Shown here piece by piece: positions 27,467-38,419 of a stretch of 64,000 nucleotides of DNA (its first letter is position 1; each line of letters begins with the position of its first letter). The stretch is from Candidatus Pyrohabitans jungbluthii. Its GTDB lineage: Archaea > Hydrothermarchaeota > Hydrothermarchaeia > Hydrothermarchaeales > BMS3B. Both the position numbers and the translations under genes were made by a program. The stretch is from NCBI GenBank assembly GCA_002010065.2, contig MTMD02000001.1, positions 1 through 64,000 of the forward strand, read 5' to 3'. Under the pieces are notes generated by a model. It searched no databases. It saw only the letters and a program-made list of their open reading frames with translations, and was not told the origin of the DNA.

Positions 27467-28741
27467 CTAGAGCCCGAAAATCTCAGACAGGGTTTTTCCC
27501 GCCTTAATCTCAGCCTTGTACCTGCGCTCTTTCTCTGCAATTTCTCTCGACTTTGCCAGCACCTCTGAAGCTAGCTCTTTTGGCACAACCACAACACCCA
27601 CGTCGTCGGCGACGATTATATCACCCGGGCTAACCTTCTGCCCTCCGCAGGCTATGCTCACCTGAAGTTCGCCATGCCCATGAGGCTCTCCCGCGTTGGG
27701 CACCACATGGCGCGCCCACACTGGAAAGCCCAGCCTTGCGATATCATCGCTGTCTCTAACTGCACCATCGATTACAACGCCCTTTATTCCCCGCTGCATT
27801 GCGCTGAGCGTCGCTAACTCGCCCCAGACTGCGATCTCCACACCCTGGGCATCGACGACGATAACATCGCCCTCCTCTGCTAGGTCAACCGCCTTCACAA
27901 CCTTCCCCCAGTCTCCTCCCAGGGTTCTTACGGTAAATGCCTTCCCCGCGATTCTCTTGCCTTTAACAATCGGCTTTAAACCACGCATTGCGCCGAAGCG
28001 CTTCATAGCGTCGCTTATAAAGGGCGTGGGCAGTGCCTCGAAGCCCTTAACAATCTCCTCATAGCTGAGCCTCCTCTCGGGCTCAGGCTTCGCAACTGTG
28101 ACGCCGGCAAGCGAACAAAGCTCCCGCGTGGTAGCTACCACGTCTTTCGCCTTTGTTATGGCGCTGCCCACTACGAATATCTCCGCTCCAGCTTGCTTAA
28201 GTATAGGAAGGGTCTCTTTATTTATGCCCCCGGCAACTGCAATTGGCAAGCCAACGCTCTGTTTTATCCTTCGCAACTCCTCCAGCGAGGCGTTCACCTT
28301 CTCCAGCTTCACCTTCTGAATGTCCTTGGGTGTGTGAATCAAAAGGTAGTCGACGCCAAGTTTTTCCAGCTCCTTGGCACGGCGCAGCTTATCTTCGACG
28401 CCTATGAGGTCAGCCATTATTTTAACCCCGTGGGCTCTGGCTGAGTTAACCGCGCGCTTTATTGTGAAGTCACTGGCTACGGCGAGGATAGCCACGACGT
28501 CGGCGCCGTTCTTCGCTGCCATCTCCACCTCCAGGTCGCCGGTGTCCATGGTCTTCATGTCCGCGACGATTACACAGCGTGGAAAGCTCGCCTTCAGCTT
28601 CTTCACTGCCAGCATGCCGTGGTTTTTTATCAGCGGTGTGCCTGCCTCCAGCCAGTCTGCACCGCCTCGCACAGCCTCGCCTGCGATGGTTAGCGCGTCT
28701 TCAATGCTGAGCAGGTCCAGAGCAACCTGAAGGTGGGGCAT
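27467..28741 (-). CDS. 3-hexulose-6-phosphate synthase fused to an RraA-like domain
   Basis: LQVALD, EAGTPLI, DMKTMD, AVAGGI, then ISDAM...AVWGEL...DGAVRD...PGDIIVAD. Confidence 0.85.
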   Translation of the reverse strand: MPHLQVALDLLSIEDALTIAGEAVRGGADWLEAGTPLIKNHGMLAVKKLKASFPRCVIVADMKTMDTGDLEVEMAAKNGADVVAILAVASDFTIKRAVNSARAHGVKIMADLIGVEDKLRRAKELEKLGVDYLLIHTPKDIQKVKLEKVNASLEELRRIKQSVGLPIAVAGGINKETLPILKQAGAEIFVVGSAITKAKDVVATTRELCSLAGVTVAKPEPERRLSYEEIVKGFEALPTPFISDAMKRFGAMRGLKPIVKGKRIAGKAFTVRTLGGDWGKVVKAVDLAEEGDVIVVDAQGVEIAVWGELATLSAMQRGIKGVVIDGAVRDSDDIARLGFPVWARHVVPNAGEPHGHGELQVSIACGGQKVSPGDIIVADDVGVVVVPKELASEVLAKSREIAEKERRYKAEIKAGKTLSEIFGL

Positions 28742-28826
28742 GTTATTTAATTTACCCGAGCGGGATAAATAGGTTTGCACTCACCCGAGCTAAATTTTAT
28801 ATACGCCCCGTGCCTAGAGTGAGAGC

Positions 28827-29312
28827 ATGCCCCTCAGCTTGCTCGAGAGGATAGCACAGGCGATATACTTCTTCCTGCCAGCGTACGTCGCCAATACCCT
28901 GCCGGGAATCTTCGGTGGGGGCACGCCCCTCGACTTTGGTAAAATATTCGTGGACGGTCGCCGCCTGCTTGGCGATGGCGTGACGATTCGCGGCACTCTA
29001 GTTGGAGTCGCAGGTGGCAGCCTTGTGGGTGCGCTGCAGGGCGACCTTCTGCTCGGCTTTGCCCTCTCCTTCGGCGCCCTCGCTGGCGATGCCGTGAGCA
29101 GCTTCCTCAAGCGCCGCATGGGCTTTGAGCGGGGCGCACCCGTGCCTCTTCTCGACCAGCTCAACTTTGTAGTCGGAGCGCTTGTGCTGGCGAGCCTTTT
29201 CACAGAGATACCACGCGACTATGTAATAATACTCTTCGTGATAACACCCTTCGGGCACCTCACAGTCAACCGCCTTGGATACCACCTGAAAATTAAGGAT
29301 GTGCCGTGGTGA
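28827..29312 (+). CDS. carS: CDP-archaeol synthase
   Basis: PAYVAN, PLDFG, DGRRLLGDG, GD..SSFLKRR, LDQL, K.VPW. Confidence 0.92.
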   Translation: MPLSLLERIAQAIYFFLPAYVANTLPGIFGGGTPLDFGKIFVDGRRLLGDGVTIRGTLVGVAGGSLVGALQGDLLLGFALSFGALAGDAVSSFLKRRMGFERGAPVPLLDQLNFVVGALVLASLFTEIPRDYVIILFVITPFGHLTVNRLGYHLKIKDVPW

Positions 29313-29316
29313 GGCT

Positions 29317-29829
29317 ATGAGTAAACTTGCAGAGCTTCTCGCTAAGTATGCGGTAATGCGGGGCGACTTTGTGCTCGCCTCCGGCAGGAGGAGCAGCTAC
29401 TACATAAATATTAAAAAAGCGTACACCAAGCCGGAGGTTCTCCGCGAAATAGTTGCTGAGATGGAGAAGAAGCTCAGGAGCCTCGACTATGACTACCTTG
29501 CTGGCGTTGCCGTTGGCGCCGTGCCCATTGTGGCGTGCACCGCTCTTGCTGTGGACAAGCCCTTCCTGATAGTGAGGAAGGAAAAGAAGGGCTATGGCAC
29601 AGGAGCTAAGATTGAGGGGGAGTGGGAGAAGGGCAAACGCGTCGTGCTCCTCGAAGATGTTACAACCACAGGAGGCAGCGTAATAAGCGCCGCCGTTGCT
29701 TTAAGGGGCGAAGGGTTAATATGTGAGGATGTAATAGTAGTGGTTGACCGCGAAGAGGGTGCCGAAGAGGCTTTAAAGCAGGCGAGGCTCAAGCTTCTCC
29801 CGCTGCTGAGGGTTTCTCAACTGTTATGA
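29317..29829 (+). CDS. pyrE: Orotate phosphoribosyltransferase
   Basis: F.LASG.SSYY, RKEKKGYG, LLEDVTTTGGS. Confidence 0.93.
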   Translation: MSKLAELLAKYAVMRGDFVLASGRRSSYYINIKKAYTKPEVLREIVAEMEKKLRSLDYDYLAGVAVGAVPIVACTALAVDKPFLIVRKEKKGYGTGAKIEGEWEKGKRVVLLEDVTTTGGSVISAAVALRGEGLICEDVIVVVDREEGAEEALKQARLKLLPLLRVSQLL

Positions 29830-29830
29830 G

Positions 29831-30700
29831 GTGCGTAGCATGGATGTACCTTCTGCTCTGCTTAAAGGTTTGGGCGTGCTCCTTGTGTTCATTGGCTTAG
29901 TTGGCATGCTGGGCAGCCTCTATGGCATAAAGGCAGTGCACGACTACGACTTTGGCTCGCCATCACAGGAGGTTCAGCAGGACATATCTCAAGCCGGCGA
30001 GAAGATGCAGGAGCGCAGAGAGACGGTGCACTCTGCGCTGGAGGCGAGCAAACAGAACATGACCATCTCCGGCGAGGAGCTTAAAGAAGCCAGCGAGAGC
30101 GTGGCTGAGGCGAGCACCAGCATATACGCCGCTTCCACCAAGCTGAGCGTCGCCGCTCAGGAGCTACGCACCGCCTCTGCGTACAACGACGATGCTGCTG
30201 AATACCTTCGCGAGGCGGCGGACAAGCTTAAAGCTTGGGCAGATAGCTACTCATACAACGGCACCGCCCTGCCGCGCAAGTATGAATTCAAGGCGGCTGT
30301 GAGCAGGATTAGCGACGCAAGCATAAAGCTCCAGAGCTCAAGCACAAAGCTCGCTACCACCGCAGACAAGCTCGAGGCGACCTCCGCTGACCTGAGCTCT
30401 ACAGCGGCGAAGCTTCAGCGCACCTCGGAGGAGCTTACAAATGTGAGCGAGAGGCTCTCAGCCACGGGTGAGAGCCTGGGTGAGCTTCGCTCACCCCTGG
30501 GCGGACTCATTGACGACTTCACAAATGCGCTGAGTAGCGCCACCGCGAGCATAGAGACGATAACAAAGGCGTCCAACAACATAAAGAGCGCCCTCTACCT
30601 GCTCTTTTCATACTTAGTGCTTTTCCACTTCATCCTCTTCCTGCTGGGTATCGCTTTAATAGTAATAGAGGTAAATCTCTTCCATGTAGGAGGTTATTGA
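29831..30700 (+). CDS. Membrane protein with N- and C-terminal TM helices and a Ser/Ala-rich coiled coil
   Basis: Hydrophobic ends flanking heptad repeats such as SxKLxxx. Confidence 0.75.
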   Translation: MRSMDVPSALLKGLGVLLVFIGLVGMLGSLYGIKAVHDYDFGSPSQEVQQDISQAGEKMQERRETVHSALEASKQNMTISGEELKEASESVAEASTSIYAASTKLSVAAQELRTASAYNDDAAEYLREAADKLKAWADSYSYNGTALPRKYEFKAAVSRISDASIKLQSSSTKLATTADKLEATSADLSSTAAKLQRTSEELTNVSERLSATGESLGELRSPLGGLIDDFTNALSSATASIETITKASNNIKSALYLLFSYLVLFHFILFLLGIALIVIEVNLFHVGGY

Positions 30701-32029
30701 ATGAAGGTGCTTGTGGTTGGAGGCGGAGCGAGGGAGCATGCAATCGCAGAGGCGCTTAAGCGAAGCTCACAGGTTGAGCTTTACTCCGCGATGAGCAACG
30801 CTAATCCAGGGATAAAGCGGCTAAGCAAAGAGGTGTTGCGTGCAAAGGAGACTGACATTGAGGCGATTAAAAACTTCGCTTTAAAACACAACATAGAGCT
30901 GGCGGTAATAGGCCCTGAGGCGCCTCTGTGCGCAGGGCTTGCTGATGAACTCCTGGGCGAGGGCATCGCCTGCGTGGGTCCGCGAAGGGCTCTGGCAATG
31001 GTGGAGTGCAGCAAGGAATTCTGCCGCAACCTCATGGCGAAGTACAGGATACCTGGAAGCCTGAGATACGCCACTTTCGACGACGCTAAAGAAGCGGCAG
31101 ACTACATCGACGCTTTTGAGGGCGACGTTGCAGTTAAACCCGTGGGGTTGACCGGCGGCAAGGGCGTCAAGGTTGTGGGAGAGCAGCTAAAGGATAAGGA
31201 AGAAGCAAAGGCTTACGCTCGAGAGGTGATAGAGCGCGGAATAGGCGGGGGCAAGGTGGTCATAGAGGAGCGCGCCCTGGGCGAGGAGTTCACAGTGCAA
31301 GCCTTCGTGGACGGGCGCAACGTCGTAGCCATGCCCGCGGTGCAGGACCACAAGCGTGCATTTGAGGGCGATAAAGGGCACAACACAGGTGGAATGGGCT
31401 CTTATTCTCAAAGCGACGGCTTGCTGCCCTTCCTGACTGAGGAGGACTACAGCTTCGCATTAGAGGTGATACGCAAGACAGTGGCGGCACTGAAGGAAGA
31501 GACCGGCGAGGGATACAAGGGCATACTCTATGGCCAGTTCATGAAGGGTAAGGAGATAAAGCTTATAGAGTTCAACTGCCGCTTTGGCGACCCCGAGGCT
31601 ATGAATGTGCTCACTCTCTTAGAGAGCGACTTTGCGGAGATATGCTCCCGCATAGCTGAAGGTACCCTCTCGGAGAAGCATGTGAGCTTTGCGAAGCTCG
31701 CCTCGGTCTGCAAGTACGTGGTGCCTAAGGGTTACGGGGTAAATCCGGCGCCTCCCGCTAAGATAGGCATAGACGAGGAGGCGATAAAGCGAGAGGGCGC
31801 GACGCTTTACTATGCGGCGGTTAATGAAGAGAATGGCGAGATATACACAACCACCTCGCGCAGCGTCGCTGTGGTAGGCGTGGCAGAGAGCATCGAGGAA
31901 GCTGAGGCGATAGCTGAGCGCGCCATAGGGTATATCAAAGGGGAGCACATATACCACAGGCAAGATATTGGCAAGCGGGAGCTTATTGAGGCGAAGCTTG
32001 CCCGCCTTAAAGCGCTGAGGGGTGAGTGA
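30701..32029 (+). CDS. purD: Phosphoribosylamine--glycine ligase
   Basis: GGGAREHA, GPEAPL, QDHKR, NTGGMG, EFNCRFGDPE. Confidence 0.96.
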   Translation: MKVLVVGGGAREHAIAEALKRSSQVELYSAMSNANPGIKRLSKEVLRAKETDIEAIKNFALKHNIELAVIGPEAPLCAGLADELLGEGIACVGPRRALAMVECSKEFCRNLMAKYRIPGSLRYATFDDAKEAADYIDAFEGDVAVKPVGLTGGKGVKVVGEQLKDKEEAKAYAREVIERGIGGGKVVIEERALGEEFTVQAFVDGRNVVAMPAVQDHKRAFEGDKGHNTGGMGSYSQSDGLLPFLTEEDYSFALEVIRKTVAALKEETGEGYKGILYGQFMKGKEIKLIEFNCRFGDPEAMNVLTLLESDFAEICSRIAEGTLSEKHVSFAKLASVCKYVVPKGYGVNPAPPAKIGIDEEAIKREGATLYYAAVNEENGEIYTTTSRSVAVVGVAESIEEAEAIAERAIGYIKGEHIYHRQDIGKRELIEAKLARLKALRGE

Positions 32030-32937
32030 TGCACATTTTATCTTTTCTTGACCTGAAAGACATAATAAATGAGGTCTTTGAGAGTGCTGCTCAGCTTAAG
32101 GCAGAAGCCAGGCAGGGCGAGTTTAAGGAGCTTCTGAAGGGCAGGACACTGGCGATGATATTTGAAAAGGCGAGCACCCGCACCAGGGTGAGCTTTGAGG
32201 TGGCGATGACCCAGCTGGGCGGGCATGCACTCTACCTCAGCCCCAAGGACATGCAGCTGGGCAGGGGCGAAACCATCGCCGACACCGCTCGCACATTAAG
32301 CCGCTACGTGGATGCGATAATGATACGTGCCTATCGCCACGAGGATGTGGTTGAACTTGCGAGGCATGCGAGCGTGCCGGTAATAAACGGCTTAACCGAT
32401 CTGGAGCACCCCTGCCAGGCGGCGAGCGACTTCTTCACCATGCGCGAGATTAAAGGCACGCTCAATGGTGTTAAACTCGCGTACGTGGGCGACGGAAACA
32501 ACGTGTGCCATTCTTTATTACTCGGCTCCGCTTTGCTCGGCGTTAACTTCGTATGCGCCACTCCGCGAGGGTATGAGCCTGAGCCAGGCATAGTACAGCA
32601 GGCAATTTCTCTGGCACAGGAGAGCGGCGCTAAAATTGAGATACTCAACGACCCTGCGGAAGCGGTGCGGGGGGCAGATTTTATATATACCGACGTGTGG
32701 GTGAGCATGGGGCAGGAGAACGAGGCTGAGCAGCGCATGCGCGCCTTCCGTGGGTATCAGGTCAATTCGGAGCTGCTCAAACATGCGCCCGAGGCAAAGG
32801 TGATGCACTGCCTGCCTGCGAAGCGGGGCTACGAGATAACCAATGAGGTAATAGACGGCGAGGCTTCCATAGTCTGGGAGCAGGCGGAGAACCGCCTGCA
32901 CGTGCAGAAAGCCATCCTTGTCAAGCTTATGGGGTGA
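32026..32937 (+). CDS. argF: Ornithine carbamoyltransferase
   Basis: STRTR, HPCQ, DVWVSMG, HCLP. Confidence 0.96.
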   Translation: MMHILSFLDLKDIINEVFESAAQLKAEARQGEFKELLKGRTLAMIFEKASTRTRVSFEVAMTQLGGHALYLSPKDMQLGRGETIADTARTLSRYVDAIMIRAYRHEDVVELARHASVPVINGLTDLEHPCQAASDFFTMREIKGTLNGVKLAYVGDGNNVCHSLLLGSALLGVNFVCATPRGYEPEPGIVQQAISLAQESGAKIEILNDPAEAVRGADFIYTDVWVSMGQENEAEQRMRAFRGYQVNSELLKHAPEAKVMHCLPAKRGYEITNEVIDGEASIVWEQAENRLHVQKAILVKLMG

Positions 32938-32940
32938 ACC

Positions 32941-33843
32941 TCAAGAACCCTTTGCTTCCACCTTGTGGATTGCCCAGTAGACCAAAGCCAAGCTCAGAAG
33001 GAGCCCCGATATCGCCAGAATCTCAGTAATCTTCTCAGGGGAGATGGACAGAATGAGAACCTTGCGTATAACCGCCGCAAGAGCTACGCTCACAAACATC
33101 TTTAAGCTAAGTACACCTCCCCTCAGGCGTTTTATTTCCCCATCTAGAAGTTCGGATATGGCGTAGAGGATGAGCACAGAGCCCATAAGGCTCAGCACAC
33201 CTTTCTCAAGCAGCATCTCTCCATTAATAATCATGAACATCTCATACACAATCCAGTATACCAGAAATAGTCCTGAAACTAAAAGGGTAAGCACTATGAA
33301 GATGTCAAAACCGTAGGATATGCGCCTTATCCCCTCTATGAGGGTCCTCTGGTATTTCCCTAATGCCAGGTACAGCTTCAGCTCCTCTTCTCTGTAAGAG
33401 CTTAGCATTACATCCAGGTTCAAATCCAGGAGCTTTTCAACAGAGCTCATAACCTTATCTCTATTTTCAGAGCAGCCAAGCTCAAGTGTGAGCTTTTCCA
33501 GGATAAACCGCCTTATAAAATTCATTGTGGCCGTCATGTAGTGAGGAGGGAGCCCAATTTTGACATGTACCTCTCCAATCCTGTAGAGAGATTTAATATA
33601 TCCTGCATCGTATTCCCCAGAAAAAAGAATCTCAAACCAGTTTTTCAATTTCTCCCCATGCCTTTTCAACACTTTTTCATTTGGAATATACTTCTCCACA
33701 TCCCTAAATGTGGCAATATAACAATGAAGCTCCTGAACAAACTCTGTACTGTACTTTTTCCCGAAATCCCTCATCTTCCTGAGATTTTCCTCATCCTCCA
33801 CCCCCCAGTTGTAATAAGCCTTAAGCTCTTCAATGGTCTCCAT
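32941..33843 (-). CDS. Protoglobin (globin-sensor) domain fused to a PsiE-like 4-TM domain
   Basis: Globin pattern WF..LFSG.YD..Y...IG.VH.KIGL followed by four TM helices with AVIRKVL. Confidence 0.8.
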   Translation of the reverse strand: METIEELKAYYNWGVEDEENLRKMRDFGKKYSTEFVQELHCYIATFRDVEKYIPNEKVLKRHGEKLKNWFEILFSGEYDAGYIKSLYRIGEVHVKIGLPPHYMTATMNFIRRFILEKLTLELGCSENRDKVMSSVEKLLDLNLDVMLSSYREEELKLYLALGKYQRTLIEGIRRISYGFDIFIVLTLLVSGLFLVYWIVYEMFMIINGEMLLEKGVLSLMGSVLILYAISELLDGEIKRLRGGVLSLKMFVSVALAAVIRKVLILSISPEKITEILAISGLLLSLALVYWAIHKVEAKGS

Positions 33844-33992
33844 ACAGATAATTTAATATGATTGTAAATAAACCTTGTTGCCAAAAGCTTCGCACCTAAA
33901 TTTGCACCTGCACATGCAGAAGAAGATTCTGATTAAGCTTATTGATAACTGCGATACATATTTAAGCACCGAGTTTTAACCAGAATTGTGGT

Positions 33993-34724
33993 ATGAGCAG
34001 ATTAAGAATTCTCAGCTCAGGAGAGTGGGACCTGCTCGCTGTGGTGGCTGCGAGCTTAATAGGTATAGTCGCCCATGTGCTGAACCTGATTCCAGAGGGC
34101 TACATTATATCCCTCATACTCCTGCTTCTAGCACTGCACGCTCTGCATGAGATTGGGCACGACATGAAGTTCGACGAGGCGAATGCAGCAATTCTCAGCA
34201 TAGAGAGGAGGCTCACGGGCTTAGAGCCAGAGGTTAAGGTGATCACAAGAGACCACTTCAAGCACGGAGAGGCGCTTGCCAGGAGAAACAGGGGTACCTT
34301 CGTGTGGTTCAACACCCCCATGACGGTTATGCGCTCCCAAGAAGCATTTGACCTGATGCTGAAGCCTGCGATAGAGAGCAGAGCCACAAAGAGGGTGGAG
34401 TTCATCCTTAATCCAGAACAGAAGGACTTCTTTGACAGGGAGGTGTGGCCGAAGATACAGGCATGCCGGGGCAGGGAAAAGGTTTCCTACCCAGCGTTTG
34501 TTCCCATAAAGGAGAATTTTGCATTTAAGATGATTGACGCCAGCGAGACGGAGGAGGCAAAGGAGTTCCACCTGACCTTTCTCGATAGCCCCTTTACCAT
34601 AACCAGGGAGGGGGAAAACGGCAGCACAGTCGTGCACCCGAAAATAATCTTCCATGTGTTGCCCAAGAGTGAGCTTTCAAAGGAGCTTAAGGAGGTTTAT
34701 CTGCACTACTCAACTGCCGTGTAG
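33993..34724 (+). CDS. Hypothetical protein with two N-terminal TM helices
   Basis: 243-aa ORF with host-like codon usage; no recognised motif. Confidence 0.7.
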   Translation: MSRLRILSSGEWDLLAVVAASLIGIVAHVLNLIPEGYIISLILLLLALHALHEIGHDMKFDEANAAILSIERRLTGLEPEVKVITRDHFKHGEALARRNRGTFVWFNTPMTVMRSQEAFDLMLKPAIESRATKRVEFILNPEQKDFFDREVWPKIQACRGREKVSYPAFVPIKENFAFKMIDASETEEAKEFHLTFLDSPFTITREGENGSTVVHPKIIFHVLPKSELSKELKEVYLHYSTAV

Positions 34725-34726
34725 CG

Positions 34727-34990
34727 TTATAGCAGGCGATGCACCTCTGTAATCTCAACTTCGCCCACATCTGGAATGGAGCGGAGCGCTTTCTCAATGT
34801 TGTCGGCTGCGCCCTCTGCATCAGCCACCACAAACTTGGCAACTATCGCAACCAGACCAAAGGCAATAGGCTCCTTCTCAGCGGAGTTGAATCTCGCCTC
34901 CTTTATACCCTTCACCTTCTCCAGAAGTTCGTCTATATTAACCTCTACACTCTTCGGCATTATCTTTGCAGTAACCAGAACCTCAGCCAT
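34727..34990 (-). CDS. ef1b: Translation elongation factor 1-beta
   Basis: KIMP, EPIAFGL. Confidence 0.93.
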   Translation of the reverse strand: MAEVLVTAKIMPKSVEVNIDELLEKVKGIKEARFNSAEKEPIAFGLVAIVAKFVVADAEGAADNIEKALRSIPDVGEVEITEVHRLL

Positions 34991-34999
34991 AATTTCACC

Positions 35000-35161
35000 T
35001 CATGGACCTTCAAAGCCGCACTCACAGCGATACCTTCGCCCGAGTTTGCGGCAGCGTTCACATCTTACAATCAAAGCTTCGCACTCCGGGCATGGAAACT
35101 TTACGCTGCCTCCACCCACTTTAATGTAAGCTCCGCAGGATATGCAGGTTAATTCTTCCAT
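35000..35161 (-). CDS. Small zinc-finger protein (DUF1610/HVO_2753-like)
   Basis: Below the track cutoff; MEELTCISCG...FPCPECE..I.RCERCRKLG..YRCECGFEGP, in the usual position upstream of EF-1beta. Confidence 0.88.
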   Translation of the reverse strand: MEELTCISCGAYIKVGGGSVKFPCPECEALIVRCERCRKLGRRYRCECGFEGP

Positions 35162-35236
35162 AACATACCTCCGTTAGTTAATGAGATGTAAAAGCCTTCC
35201 TTTTCAAGCGAGGTAACAAGGGAAAATATTACTAGG

Positions 35237-36532
35237 CTACGCTTTGACTGTCACGCTTCCCTCTGGCACAATCTTGGCGAGTTCCTCAAAAAACTTCGGG
35301 AAGGATATGGAGGCGCACTCTACGCCATGCACAACACTTCTACCCCTCGCGGCAAGGGCTGCGATGCTCAGCGCCATCGCAAGACGATGGTCGCCGTGGC
35401 TGCTTACCTCAGCACCGCGCAAATTGGCTGTGCCTTTTATCTCCATGCCGTCTCTGCGCTCTTTTATCTCCGCGCCAAACTTCGCAAACTCTCGTGAGCA
35501 GGTTGCGATGCGGTCACTCTCCTTGTAGCGGGCGTGCTCCACATTCTTTATCACAGTCTTTCCCTCCGCCTTAACCGCAAGCGCAACCATGGTTGGGAGC
35601 AGGTCAGGAGTATCTCCCAGGTCAACCTCAATGCCGCTGAGCTCACCGTCCCCGCGAACTCTAACCCAGCCCTTCCCCGACTCTACACTAGCGCCCATCT
35701 CGCGCAGAATCTCAAGTATAGCTCTGTCACCCTGCTTTGAGCGAGAGTTGAGGTTCTCCACTGTAACCTCACCTCCAGTTAGTGCGGCAAGGGCTAAGAA
35801 GTAGGAAGCCGAGGAGTAGTCTCCCTCCACCGCATAGCTTCTTCCCTGGTAAATTTTACCAGCGGTAACCCGGAAGCTTTCATAGCTGTGATTCTCAACC
35901 TCCGCGCCAAAGGTGCGCATAATCTCCAGGGTTATGTCCACATAGGGCTTCGACTTCAGGGGCGAGGTTAGCACAACCTCAACATCGCTCTCTGCGTAAG
36001 GCGCAACTATTAGCAGAGAGGAGATGAACTGCGAGCTAACGTCGCCGCGAATCTTCGCAACTCCTCCGCGCAGCGAACCGCCTTTAATCTTCACAGGCGG
36101 GCACCCGTTGTCCAGCATGCTTTCACCACGCACGCCAAGCATCGAGAGCGCATCTAAGAGTGGCTGAACAGGGCGGCGGCGAAGCGAGGCGTCGCCGGTA
36201 AGAACAACCTCGCCATCAAGCGAAGCAACGCCCGTGAGCAGGCGCAGCGTAGTGCCAGAATTTTTGCAGTCGACCTCCTTCGCAGGAGTTGCCAACCTGC
36301 CCTCGCTTCCCTTCACGATGGCTACTCCCTCATTCTTCTCCTCTACGCTCACCCCGAAGCTCCTCAACCCTGCGATAGTTGCCAGGGTATCTTCAGATAC
36401 GAGATAATCAGATATCCTAGAGCTACCTCGCGCTAACCCGGCTACGACGAAAGCGCGGTGGGTATAGCTCTTTGAAGGCGGAGCGACAACGCTTCCATGC
36501 ACCTTTTCTACGCCCTTGATTACCGCTTTCAT
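35237..36532 (-). CDS. aroA: 3-phosphoshikimate 1-carboxyvinyltransferase
   Basis: PPSKSYTHR, NSGTTLR, SSQF, KESDR, DHR. Confidence 0.96.
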   Translation of the reverse strand: MKAVIKGVEKVHGSVVAPPSKSYTHRAFVVAGLARGSSRISDYLVSEDTLATIAGLRSFGVSVEEKNEGVAIVKGSEGRLATPAKEVDCKNSGTTLRLLTGVASLDGEVVLTGDASLRRRPVQPLLDALSMLGVRGESMLDNGCPPVKIKGGSLRGGVAKIRGDVSSQFISSLLIVAPYAESDVEVVLTSPLKSKPYVDITLEIMRTFGAEVENHSYESFRVTAGKIYQGRSYAVEGDYSSASYFLALAALTGGEVTVENLNSRSKQGDRAILEILREMGASVESGKGWVRVRGDGELSGIEVDLGDTPDLLPTMVALAVKAEGKTVIKNVEHARYKESDRIATCSREFAKFGAEIKERRDGMEIKGTANLRGAEVSSHGDHRLAMALSIAALAARGRSVVHGVECASISFPKFFEELAKIVPEGSVTVKA

Positions 36533-36600
36533 AGCAGCACCGCTATGATTATATACCTTCGAAGGATAATATCTTTCCGGTATTAAAACCTAGGGGTTGA

Positions 36601-36885
36601 ATGATGCTCGAAAACCTTAGGAGTGAGATTGAACTTCTGCGCAGGCATGTGAAGGTCCTCCGGATGGTGAAGCAGCACGAGCCTGTGGGTATAATAAAGC
36701 TCTCTGAGCTGAGCGGCATACCCCAGCACAAGGTTCGCTACTCCCTGCGCGTTCTGGAGCAGAAGGGGATAATAAAGCCCTCGCCACAGGGGGCGGTGAC
36801 CACGCGCAAGGCACAGAGTTTTCTCAAATCTCTCCCTGAGGAGATAAAGAGGCTGAAGAAAGAGCTGGATTCGTGCCTTGAATAG
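36601..36885 (+). CDS. Conserved archaeal winged-HTH protein
   Basis: PVGIIKLSE...HKVRYSLRVLEQ.G.I.PS..GA. Confidence 0.75.
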   Translation: MMLENLRSEIELLRRHVKVLRMVKQHEPVGIIKLSELSGIPQHKVRYSLRVLEQKGIIKPSPQGAVTTRKAQSFLKSLPEEIKRLKKELDSCLE

Positions 36886-37359
36886 CTACTCCTCTTCTTC
36901 CCCTTCTTCGAAGTTTATCTTGTACTCCTCTTTTGAGACCGACGCAGTCTCCATCACCTTGTCTGAGACGTAAACCGGTGCACCTGTACGCACCGCTAAA
37001 GCTATGCTGTCGCTGGGGCGGGCGTCGAACTCAAACTCATTGCCGTTCGACCTTACGATAAGCCTGGCAAAGAACACACCCTCGCTCAGGTCGTCTATGA
37101 GCACGCGCTCAATTTTGGAGTTGAGCCCCTCGAGGATGTTAACAAGCAGGTCATGGGTAAGCGGACGCGGATAGGGCACATTCTCAAGAGCAGTCTGAAT
37201 TGAAAAAGCTTCAGCCGCACCGATGTATATCGGGAGAACCTCCCCACGGTCATTCTCAAGAAAAACCACCGGCGTTACGCCCTCTGGCACGGGAGACATG
37301 AATACCCCCACAACGCGAACGCGCTGAAAACCTTCAATCTTTTCCTCAACTTTTTCCAT
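36886..37359 (-). CDS. Bifunctional nuclease family protein (DUF151)
   Basis: LPIYIG..EA, RPLTHDL, DARPSDSIALA. Confidence 0.9.
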   Translation of the reverse strand: MEKVEEKIEGFQRVRVVGVFMSPVPEGVTPVVFLENDRGEVLPIYIGAAEAFSIQTALENVPYPRPLTHDLLVNILEGLNSKIERVLIDDLSEGVFFARLIVRSNGNEFEFDARPSDSIALAVRTGAPVYVSDKVMETASVSKEEYKINFEEGEEEE

Positions 37360-37430
37360 AAGAGTCCCCTAGTTAATTTTACAAGGTTTTAGCTTATTAA
37401 CGTTTTGCATAAAATCGGAGGTTGTGCTGA

Positions 37431-38407
<977 letters not shown>

Positions 38408-38419
<12 letters not shown>

